Source: Anthoceros angustus (lineage: Eukaryota > Plantae > Anthocerotophyta). From it: 64,000 nt of DNA. Shown in pieces: positions 24,346-35,689 of the stretch. Where the stretch lies: positions 124,001 to 188,000 of the forward strand of contig MU008188.1 in assembly GCA_010909165.1 (NCBI GenBank), given 5' to 3'. Below the pieces are notes generated by a model. That model had not been told where the DNA came from. It saw only the letters and a program-made list of their open reading frames with translations, and did no database searches. Position 1 is the first letter of the stretch. Each line of letters opens with the position of its first letter. The position numbers and the translations under genes were made by a program.

Positions 24346-26407
24346 TCGGGCAAGGACTTGGTGGGAACGCGGTGCCCATTGTGTGTAAGGAGAAGGAGGT
24401 GTGCGTGCATAAGGAGTTGTGTGTGAAGGGATTTGAAGCACAACTATGAAGAGGGCAGCGGCGCATAAGGAGCTGTATGCTGTGAGGACATCAAGTTTGA
24501 GCTAGGTGGGACTATGGAGTGAAGAGGAATTATCTTGAAGGGTGCAAGATGGTGAAAGCGCCTGCACCTAAGAAGGGCAAGCTGGTTGCTAGGGAGCCAG
24601 GAGAAGAGATACAGATGCCCAAATTTAATTTCTTCCCTGCACAGGTGGAGGCTAGGCACTTGGTGGCATTCAGACGGTTTGCTGGAGAGCCCAACGTACA
24701 ATTGCAATAGGTGTATGGCTGCCATTGGGCCTATGTCAACTTGGAGATGATAGAGGAATGGTTTATAAACTTCACTATGCCATGGCAGGAACTTGAGGAA
24801 CTGGAAAATAGGGATGCAAGGACTGATCCAGGGTGCTGGACAGCCCAACACATCCAACAGGTATATGGAAGGCCGTAGAGGATGACTCGGAGGAGGAAGA
24901 GGAAGGCATGGAGCAAGATCCGCTCACGGGAGACCTTCTTGCAGTGGAGAGTGTGGAGGCGATAGGGCCATAAGAAGTTGACCCTACGTCCGTAGGAGGT
25001 ATAAGAAGTTGACCCTACGTCCGTAGGAGGTGTAGAGGGTGGCCCTACATCCGTAGGATCACCAGGCGGTGCGACAGCAGTAGACGCCGCGGAGGTAATT
25101 GAAGGGGTTGGTGGTAGCTTGGAGTGTGGGCTCATTGCTTGGGGGATAGGACAATGTGTGCAGAGGCCTGCGATACTTGTGGAGTGGTGGAGTGCAAACC
25201 ACGGGAAGAGCATGGGTCTCTTCTCCAGCAAGCTTTAGATTTCATGATGTTGAGTGTGGGGCTCAGAGGAACCAGCTATGGAATTATGCGGGGCCTTGGT
25301 CAGATCAATCTTTGAGGCAAGTGGAGGATTTATGGTAGATTGGTTAGGATTTGGAGTGAGAACTCTTAGGATTTGGCAGTGTGTTACTTATTGTTAAAAT
25401 AGGGAGATTGGAGAGTTTTCTAGGTGATTGTCATGATGGTAGCGAGTGGGGTAGTGGTTTTAATCTTTGGCTTTAGGCGGCTATTAGTTTATAGTGGTTG
25501 AGGAAGAACGAGTGGAAAAGTAAGGGGGGAGGTGTGGCCAAGGGGAGGCCTTATGTATGAGCCCTATATAAGGGGCAGGTTTTGAGAAGAAAATATATCT
25601 TGCGCTCCCAAACTCATGAGTCCTTTGCTCCTTTGTAGAGGAATTTTTGCGGCTGCAAGCTAGCGATGTCTGGTAGAGAGGGAGTTTGCGGTGGTGGGTG
25701 CTTGGCGAGGGCTCGCTCCTTGCAGGCCTCTGGTTGCTCCCTTGTGAATGGTTCTTTGTGAAATTGCTTTGCTTGGGTGTGTATGCCATGGAACTCGGCT
25801 TGAGGGTAGACTACGGGAAAGACTCACAGAGGTTCTCGGCCATGTGCAAACTCATAGCAACCTCCCAAGGAAGAACTTGTTGGCTTGTGGCGGACCCAGG
25901 CGGTTGTGCCGTAAGGGCGAGCTAGGGCGTGAGCTTGAAGTAAGGTTAGATTAGGAGGATGAGGAGTTGAGTTGAGGTGAGTGTATGTTGAGGAGAATGT
26001 GGAGCTGAATGTTGAGTAGAGGAGTAGGTAGAGATTAGGAGAAGAAGGCCCAAGTCGAGCCTAAGGGGAGGGGTCCCAACTGCACTAAACCGAGACCGGA
26101 AGCCGGGCTAAGGTCTCAAAATCACGGGTGGAGAAGTCGCTGTGTAGGGGGTCCCTATGTGCGAGGCGATGGACCTACCGTGGGTGGGACCTACGAAGTA
26201 GGATGTCGTTGTAGGTCCGTGGAGGCGGAGATCCGATGGTGAGCGGTGGAGGTCGGTCGCTGCTGTGGAGTTTTGTGGGCGTGCCAAAGTTGTAGTTGGG
26301 CGCTTGGCACAGGAACTTGGAGAGGCCTTGAACTAGGGCGAGGGTAGCTTCGTGCTGGGTGCGACCTCTAGGTGGTAGGATGCGCCCTCGTGCTGGGATA
26401 GTGTCTC

Positions 26408-26591
26408 GAAAACATCGAGTTGTGTGAAACACACCATGTTGCAAGTGCAAAGATTAAATGAATTAAGCGCAGTGTAGCCTTATATACAAAACTGTAAGAG
26501 TCACGTCCGTTCATAAAACCTAAAGTCTAGTCAACTAACAGTAAGTACGTTTATATAACCATAACCCTAACAAGGGTTTATTATCCAAACA
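26408..26591 (-). repeat. 3' LTR of copia-2
   Basis: Near-identical to 34032-34218; follows the PPT on the minus strand. Confidence 0.95.
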
Positions 26592-26637
26592 CGCCCCCTT
26601 AAACGGAGCGCACTGTTAGCTTAGGGAAGCAGCAGCC

Positions 26638-26934
26638 ATGACGGGATCCATCGTGCAGTGTCTGGCGTTGTGCGCTTTCGTCATCGCGGTGTTCCTCCTG
26701 CACCAATATGTGAAGGAACAACAAAGGAGACACAGGAGAAGAACGCGCAACCTAGATCGCCAACACACTGTAAGCGGGTTGGTAATTCTGACGGATCGTA
26801 GATGGCACATGACCGGGAGAATCTGCGTGGATGTTCTTTGTCATGGAGATTCCGGAAGGCGTAGGCCACGGGCCGAAGAAGAAATCTTGGCGGAGCAAGC
26901 GAGAAAGCGGTCTCTCTTCTCTCCGGATAAGTGA
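26638..26934 (+). CDS. Antisense accessory ORF of copia-2 (98 aa; N-terminal hydrophobic helix followed by an Arg-rich tract)
   Basis: ATG in a good context (GCAGCCATG) ~47 bp inside the 3' LTR edge; IVQCLALCAFVIAVFLL then QQRRHRRRTR; convergent with the RNase H end. Confidence 0.45.
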   Translation: MTGSIVQCLALCAFVIAVFLLHQYVKEQQRRHRRRTRNLDRQHTVSGLVILTDRRWHMTGRICVDVLCHGDSGRRRPRAEEEILAEQARKRSLFSPDK

Positions 26935-29900
26935 CCCTTTGTCATCAGGTTGCGATTGCGAGTAGAGGAAGCTGGAGCTTCATCCGCACCATCTGTAACT
27001 TGTGACTGTAATAGTGCTACGGGGTAGAGCAAGGTTCTACACCCATCGCCTCCATGAATTGATAGTGTTTGCTGGCTGGCAGGTACTTGGTCAACAAGTC
27101 TGCAGTATTCAAGTCTGTTGATACATACTGAAGCCGAACCATCTTCTGCTCCACTTGATGGCGAATAAAGTGATGCTGCACCTCGATGTGCTTGGTGCGA
27201 GCATGAAACCGCGGATTAGCAGTCATGTTGATTGTGGAAACATTATCACAGTGAATGAGGGTGGGCTTCAGCTGTGGAAAACCAAGACCTTGCAGAAATG
27301 CACGCTCCCAAATGGCTTCTTTGGCTGCTTCTGTTAGGGCTTTGTATTCTGCCTCAGTGGAAGACAGAGACACAGAGGCCTGCTTCTTGGAGCTCCAATG
27401 GACAGCCGCATGTGAGAGAAGAAAACAATAGGCGGATATGCTTCATCTGGCATCAGGGTTGGTAGCCCAATCGACGTCAGCGTAACCACACACGACAGGT
27501 GTGATATCTTTCCCCCTGAAGCATAAGCCGTAGTTCAATGTGCCCTTGAGGTAACGGAGAATTGGTTTGCGCGCGGTGCTGTCAGGATTGTCGAAGCGGA
27601 AACAAAGACTTACGACATCAATGTCGGGAGTCCAAAGAACTAATATAATTCAAAGCATTACGGCATGGCGACGGAATTGAGACATGGCTCAAGCGCTCAT
27701 CCTCATCCCGAGGTCATCGTTGAGAAAGCTTGAGGCCAGGAACACCAGGAGTGGAAACAGGCTTCGAAGAATCCAAGTGAAATCTGCGAAGAGTCTCCAC
27801 AATATATTTACTCTGGTGAAGCATAAGGGTCTGATCCTCCAAGTTTCGAACCAATTGAACTCCAAGCACAAAGGTAAGTGGGCCTATGTCCTTCATGTCA
27901 AATTTCTTATGAAGCATTCCTTTAACCCAAGCAAGTAACTCCGGATTGTTGGATGCAAGAATGGCATCGTCAACATAAAGGGCCAGAATAACGAGGTGGC
28001 CTCCTTTGGAGTATATGTAGACATTTGCATCACCAGGATTCTGCACAAAACCGATGGATTTGAGGTACTGGTCTATGGTCTTGTACCATTCGCGTGCAGA
28101 CTGCTTAAGGCCGTAAATGGTCTTCTTCAATCGACAAACCCAGGTAGGATGTTCTGGATCAACAAACCCCTCTGGCTGTTGCATGTAGATATCTTCTTCG
28201 AGCTCGCCATACAAAAACGCAGTACAAACATCCATCTGTTGCAAATCCCATGCATTTGCCGCCGCTAGGGCCAGAATCATTCTGATGGACTGAGTTTTAA
28301 CGACAGGACTGAAAGTTTCCGTGAAGTCAACACCAGGGACCTGAGTGAAACCCCTGGCTACAAGACGAGACTTATACCTGGCGATTTCCCCTTTTTCATT
28401 CAATTTATGCACCGACGCTTACTTTGCGTCCTGCAGTAAAGCGATGTAGTTCCCATGTATCATTCTTGATGAGGGAATCGTATTCATCTTTGATAGAAGG
28501 TACCCAAAGAGCTTTATCGGCTCCGTAAATTGCTTTATAAGTCCGGGGCTCAGATGATGAAGGAAATGCCTCGTGATCATGCTTAAGAGAAATGCACTTA
28601 GGGCCTAAAATCCACAGACTGATAGGGAGGCTCCTTCCATTGAGCTGGTGATGGCCTTTCTCGTGGTATCGACCAACCGAAGCAAGGTGGAATCACGATC
28701 ATCATCATCCTCTATAACAAAGTTTGGTAAAGGATCTGTTCCGGCTGAAACTTCGGAATGTTGGGATTCAACGTCCTGGTTATCCTCATGATCGAAAAAG
28801 TACTCGTCATCTGCAGGGACGTGGTTTACAACAGGGACATCATCTGCAGGAAAGACGAGGTCTGGGATGTCAGGAGCCGCACGATCCTCAGCAGGAATAG
28901 CTGGATGTGCGGCTGGAGTTGCCGGAGGAAGCTGTAAAGGAACCCCTGGTTGAGCAAGTGAACTGTCAGCCACAAAATCATCCTGAGGAAACTCGGATGG
29001 GTCCTCATCGTCAGTTACATCTGTGACAGTAAAGTGTGCAGGTGTATGTGGAACAGAGTCAAAATATGGCTTGGCAGGGCTTGTAAACTCTCGAAAAGTG
29101 ACGCTCCTGGCAAACATAGCTGACTTGGTAAGTGAATTATAAAGCTTGTACGCTTTTGCTTCTTCGCCATATCCACAAACAAAAGTGGTTTAGCACGGTC
29201 TTCTAATTCTCCTTTTTCCTCGTATGGCGATATGAGAACCAAATCAAGATGGAGTAAGTCGGGCTTCGCCATATGACCTCATAAGGAGTCTTGCCATCCA
29301 CAGCACTTGTAAGGAGACGGTTTAGGAGGTAAGTTGCAGTTACCACTGCTTCAGCCCAGTAGGCTTTGCTAAGCCCTGACCACTCTAACATACTACGTGT
29401 CATGCCTAGGAGGGTCTGGTTGCGGCGCTCAGCAACCCCGTTTTGCTGCTGGGTGTATGGGACGATGAGCTGGCGTAAAACCCCTTGGTCTAGGAGAAAC
29501 TGGTTGAAATGGCCATGAGTGAATTCTGTCCCATTGTCTGTACGCAGGCACTTTAGCAGGCAACCTGTCTGCCTTTGAACAATCCGCAACCATTCCTTGA
29601 AGAGCTCAAAGTTTCCGCCTTCGACGACAGGTAGGTCCAAGAATACCTACTAAAATCGCTGCAAGTGTGAGATAATACAAGGCGCCACCCAAGGAAGGTA
29701 TGTGTATCTTTCCGTAAATGTCTCGCATGCACCGCCCAACTTGCGTCTCGTGCCTGCTTAGGAAAAGGTACTTCCTTTGTTTTGCTATCACACAAGCATC
29801 ACATAAAGGCGAGAATAACGAGGTGGCCTCCTTTGGAGTATATGAACATTTGCATCACTGTGATTCTCGCACAAAACCGATGGATTTGAGGTCGGGTCTA

Positions 29901-32900
29901 TGGTCTTGTACCATTCGCGCGACCTTAAAGGCCGTAAATGGTCTTCTTCAATCGACAAACCTGTAGGATGTTCCGGATCAACAAACCCCTACATTTGCAT
30001 GTAGATATCTTCTTGAGGCCATACAAAACGCAAGACAAACATCCATCTGCTAAAATCCCATGCATTTGTGCCGCTAGGGGCCGTAATCATTCGATGGATC
30101 GAGTTTTAACAGGTGAAAGTTTCCGTGAAGTCAACACCAGGGACCTGAGTGAAACCCCTGGCTACAAGACGAGACTTATACCTGGCGATTTCCCCTTTTT
30201 CATTCAATTTATGCTTGAACACCCACTTACAGCTGACGACTTTGCGTCCTGCAGGTAAAGGACAGAGTTCCCATGTATCATTCTTGATGAGGGAATCGTA
30301 TTCATCTTTGATAGAAGGTACCCAGTGAGCTTTATCGGCTCCAGAAATTGCTTCGGTATAAGTCTGGGGCTCAGGCTTGATGAAGGGAAATGCCTCTGCA
30401 TCATGCTTAAGAGAAATGCCTGCCCTAGGACGCCTAAAATCCACAGACTGATAGGGAGGCTCCTTCCATTGAGCTGGTGATGGCCTTTCTCGGGCAGGGT
30501 ATCGACGCTCAACTGGAAGGGCAGGAATCGTCACAGCATCATCATCATCCTCTATAACAAAGTTTGGTAAAGGATCTGTTCCGGCTGAAACTTCGGAATG
30601 TTGGGATTCAACGTCCTGGTTATCCTCATGATCGAAAAAGTACTCGTCATCTGCAGGGACGTGGTTTACAACAGGGACATCATCTGCAGGAAAGACGAGG
30701 TCTGGGATGTCAGGAGCCGCACGATCCTCGTGGGAATAGGGGATGTGCGCTGCAGGTTCTTGAGGAAATGAAAGGAACCCCGTTGAGCAAGTGAACTGTC
30801 AGCCACAAAATCATCCTGAGGAAACTCGGATGGGTCCTCATCGTCAGTTACATCTGTGACAGTAAAAAGTAATGCAGTGTATGTGGAGCAGTCAAAATAT
30901 GGCTTAAGGTGGCTTGTAAACTCTCGAAAAGTGACGCTCCTGGCAAACATAGCTGACTTGGTAAGTGAATTATAAAGCTTGTACGCTTTTGCTTCTTCGC
31001 CATATCCCACAAACAAAAGTGGTTTAGCACGGTCTTCTAATTTCCTCCTTTTTTCCTCAGGTATGTATGCGTATGCGGGAGAACCAAACGCTCGAAGATG
31101 GAGTAAGCTGGGCTTCCTTCGCCATATGACCTCATAAGGAGTCTTGCCATCCACAGCACTTGTAAGGAGACGGTTTAGGATGTAGTTGCAGTTACCACTG
31201 CTTCAGACCAGTAGGCTTTGCTAAGCCCTGACCACTCTAACATACTACGTGTCATGCCTAGGAGGGTGCAGTTGCGTGCGCTCAAGCAACCCGTTTTCTT
31301 GCTGGGTGTATGGGACGATGGGCTGGCGTAAAACCCCTTGGTCTAGGAGAAACTGGTTGAAATGGCCATGAGTGGTGTCCCATTGGTGCTTGCAGGCACT
31401 TTAGCAGGCAACCTGTCTGCCTTTGAACAATCCGCAACCATTCCTTGAAGAGCTCAAAGGTTTCTGTCTTCAGACGCATAGGGTAGGTCCAAGAATACCT
31501 ACTAAAATCGTCAGTAAGTGTGAGATAATACAAGGCGCCACCCAAGGAAGGTATGTGTATCTTTCCAGAAATGTCTGCATGCACCAGTTCCAGAACTTGC
31601 GAAGCTCGATGTGCTGCCTGTTTAGGAAAAGGTACTTCCTTTTGTTTTGCTATCACACAAGCATCACATAAAGGCAGATCCTTGAAGCATTTGGGCAATG
31701 GCTCTCTGTAGCAGGTTAGATTGGACATCTTGATAAGCTTGTCACGATTAGCATGACCGAGACGAGCATGCCAAAGGCTGGCCTGAGCAGCTTGTGAAGA
31801 CTGGGCAACATGGACAGAATCTACAGGTATGGCAATTAAGTCTAGCTGATATAAATCATGTACTATATGTCCTGTAGCAACAACCTGACCTCTCTCCCCT
31901 CTCTTCTTAAGTTCACAGCGGGAAGAAGTGAAGAGCAAGTCGTACGTGCGTAAGGACATGAGCTGGCTAACAGAGAGTAAGTGCTTAGCCATGTGTGGCA
32001 CATAAAGGACATTATCCAGGTGAAGAACTGAGCCATCATGCAGACGGAAGCAACATGAGCCAGAACCTTCTATTTTCAAACCTGTACGGGTAAGCTCATC
32101 TCCCAACAACACTTTGTCAGAGGTTTGAGATGACCGAAAATGGCTGAGCAGTGACTTATCATTACAGATATGAGAAGTAGCCCCAGAATCTAAATACCAA
32201 CTCTGTGAAGAGAGATGAGCAGAAGATGAAAGACAAACCGTCATGACTACTGGTGGTTTGTGGGAAGTCGACGGAGATTGTCGATCCTTGGCACCATGAG
32301 CTTCACATGCAGTAGGCTTCTCGACTACGAGGCTGCCGGCTTTCTTTTGCATTCTCTCCCGGTAATACATACACCACACCGATGTGAGCCAACCCGCTAA
32401 TGAGTTGATTTAGAAAAACCTCCACTTGAAGGAGATTTGTATTTGTGGGTTCGGCCTTGAGCATAAAGGACTTTGTCAGCCTTGGTACGACCACCACTAG
32501 ACATGGAGTAAATCCGGCTTTGTTCCTCTTGTAACAGGGCCCCTACCACATCTGCAAGGCTGTTGGTAGGTGACAGCGACAGGCTTTGACAATGACTCAA
32601 ATGGTGGAACCATAGCTGGAGACAAAAGGGCGTGGGCGGGAGGCAAGCTCACAACAATCGGGTGTGACATCAAGCTCAGGTGGGAACCAAGGTTGATAAG
32701 GTGAGCTCTCAGTTGACGAAAACGGATGACAAAGGGCGATACCTTGTCACCTTCCTTCAGTCGTAAAGAAAAAAGTTCACCGCGAACAGCACATATGGTA
32801 AGTATATTCTTAGCCTCATATGTCTGAATGAGAAGAGTCCAGATCTCTTCAGCTTTGGTAAGAAAAGCAACATCAGCTAGGAGAATCTCGTCCAGACCGC

Positions 32901-34019
32901 TGATTAAGACGGCACGAGCGACATAATTAAGGTTCTCCCATTTGTCCTTTTCTTCCTGTGTGGCAGAGTGTGAGGGCTCAGCAATTGTGCCAGTAACAAC
33001 CCCCCAAACGTGTCTCGCTTGCAGGGCAGCTGTCATGCGCACTTTCCAGCCTTCAAACTTCATGCCATTAAACCTGTCCCGCTCTTTGAATTCAACAGAG
33101 TAGGAAGGTTGTGGAATAACAGGCACAGGCGGGAGTGGAGGATTTACTCCTCCTCCTCCTCCTCCTCCACCACCTCCTCCTCCACCACTCCCTCTTCCTC
33201 CTCCGCTGCCGCCTCCCCCTCCTTCTACTGTAGCCATGCTGACCTGCTTCGTGGAAGAGGCACAAGTGTCGGGTGATCAATCCGCACGAGAGCCTTTCCA
33301 AAAAGCAAGTGGGTCGAAAGGAGCTTGGAGACAACGCGCGAATGAAGGTCGACGAAGAGGTGAGGTTTTGTGGTGGGGAGGGGGTGTCAGCAGACTTGTG
33401 TCAGTTGGAGGTTAACCCGTAAAGGTGCGCCTGTTTGCTGCAGGTGCGACCCTAAACGACGCACCATCCGTGTCGCGCCGCTTCGTGAGCTGCGAGCCTG
33501 GAGAAGGTGCATCCGTCGAGTGCACACTCCCCAGCAGCGCCAGACACGCAGCGATGCGGGCCCTCCTGATCTTGTGGTGGCCAGTTGGGATCTTTCTTTT
33601 CGCAGCGAGGCCGTCAGTGCACATCCTCAACAAATTCATGGACATGTCCATGAATTTGTTGGAATTTGTCTAGATCCAGCGCTGTAATGCCTTGCGGTAC
33701 TGGACAATTCCTCACGCCTGTTGTGGTAATTATTGCAGGGTGCAGAAGGTGGATGCTCGACGCGAGATCGTCCCCGTCGAGTCATTTTTCCTTCTTCTTT
33801 GAGTGTCATAATCTGCTGCGATGCGGCCGGTTTACTGCAGAAATTTATCATTTACTAGCATCAGGCTAAGTCATGCAGTCTAATGCTAGGAGATATGCGG
33901 TGGAGGAGGCGAGGATTGCGGCGAGACTCCACTCCTATGTAATCATAGATGCAAGATTTTTCTGCAGTCCCCATATCCCTCCACAGCTATCAGCATCAGA
34001 TACTAATGCTAGGTATGAG

Positions 34020-34031
34020 GCTCTGATACCA
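34020..34031 (-). promoter_or_regulatory. tRNA-iMet primer-binding site of copia-2
   Basis: TGGTATCAGAGC directly after the 5' LTR. Confidence 0.95.
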
Positions 34032-34218
34032 TGAAAAACATCAGAGTTGTATGAAACACACCATGTTGCAAGTGCAAAGATTAAATGAATTAAGCGCAGT
34101 GTAGCCTTATATACAAAACTGTAAGAGTCACGTCCGTTCATAAAACCTAAAGTCTAGTCAACTAACAGTAAGTACGTTTATATAACCATAACCCTAACAA
34201 GGGTTTATTATCCAAACA
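34032..34218 (-). repeat. 5' LTR of copia-2 (187 bp, TG..CA)
   Basis: Matches 26408-26591. Confidence 0.95.
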
Positions 34219-35689
34219 GTCTCCTCCCCAAATAGGAATGAGGGTGTGTTGCCCCACCAGTGCACTGGATCTCCTACAACTCTCCTACGAGTGGTAGAAG
34301 GGGTAGGCCCTACAATTGTTTGTTGTTGGTTGTAGGTCCTGAGGTGGCGATTCGACGGAGCAGTGCGGAAATGGCGCGGCTGCTGTCAGAGTTGGTGGTT
34401 GAGGATGTGCCAATTGTGGGAAGGCGATGGGAAAGGAATAGTGGAAGATCACAGGGTGGTGAAGTCGCGTTGCAACGTAGGGGTCGTGCGTAGCCGGCCC
34501 GACCTCTTGCCGTGGGGTGTGGACCTATGTCAGTAGGGTGTCGTTGTAGGTCTAGAAGCGGTGATTGGCGGAGCACCGGTGAGCGTGGCTGGCTACGTGA
34601 GTGAGTTGAGGTTGCTCCAGGTTGTAAGGAGCTTGGGGTGTGAAGAGGTGTGTGGTTTGTGCCTTGGATCTTTGGTGACACGACAAACAAGAGTCTCATG
34701 GGACGAAACCTATTGTACTTAGCGATAGTGGGATAAGTGTGGCCACTAGAGGGTGAATCTCGGAAGCCCCGGGGTTTTCCTCCCACATGTATGAATCACT
34801 GCAATCTTCCCTCTTGCCATCCTCCGCCGGCAATCTCCAATTCTCACAGGGGTAGGCAGAATAGATCACAAAACAATCATAGATTCGTTAGTAGTTCTCT
34901 AGCACCTATACAGCACAGAATCCAAGTCTTAGGATTACAAGTCTACGAACAACAGCGTACAGCAAAAATTGACCACCTTAACCTGAAACGGCATCTTAGT
35001 AGCATAGAGAATAGAGTCAAGAGGCTAGACACGCTTATGCACACCCTATACAACAAGCGTCCCGTTTCTGAGGAAATGCCAGTCTTCTCAGCACATGACC
35101 CAGTAGTATCCTACATACCCATAGAGACCCCTTACAAGCCACTGCCTAAACCAGTAGAAAGCGTCTTAATGAGCTTCACTACACTCAGCATAAAAAAAAG
35201 AAAAAGAAAAAAAGGGTGAGGCAGCGTTAGTGACTCTGTGGATTTGCTGCCAGATTCACTAGTTGCTAGGTTTACTTGACAGTACCTGGCAACGATGGCC
35301 TCTAACTCAACCATCACATAGTTTAATACAACTAAAGTAGAAATAAAAGTTAGAGATCGTAACACCATAATATTTGAAGCGGCTGAATATACAAACCCTC
35401 TTCCGCAAATCAGAAACCCTCATGTTCAAATCTTGACAAGATTCTATAATGCATGATTAAGCATGATTTGATTCTAAGGGGATGGGTGTTATGTCATCTC
35501 AATGCAATTTCACCGCATTAGTTCGAGAAATCGCCTCTAGTTATGGTGGTTGCCTTGAAATAGGCGTTTTGGACGTAAGCCGTTAAAGGCTTTTGAAGGT
35601 GAAGGCGCCGCATGCGCCGCCGCTCGCAAATCGTTACACATAAAACTTTCAACCCATGAAACAAAGAAATCAAGTACCTACTGCACGTC

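Larger units (their letters stand above)
26408..34218 (-). mobile_element. Full-length Ty1/copia element (copia-2) with TSD GTCTC
   Basis: Near-identical LTRs 26408-26591 and 34032-34218; GTCTC at 26403-26407 and 34219-34223; PBS TGGTATCAGAGC; PPT TTTAAGGGGGCG. gag 32497-33237, protease/integrase 31282-32379 (WYLDSGATSH, WHARLGH, LELVHAD), RT 27714-28412 (YVDD), RNase H 27017-27373. Confidence 0.97.
22713..34787 (+). mobile_element. Athila-like gypsy 3' half (gypsy-B): post-integrase region, accessory ORF, and 3' LTR (~25429-26407 + 34224-34787) split by copia-2
   Basis: 22715-24345 is homologous to gypsy-C 47360-48830. The LTR is homologous to the gypsy-A LTR and ends ..TCCCACA at 34787 with no PBS after it. 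Confidence 0.82.
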
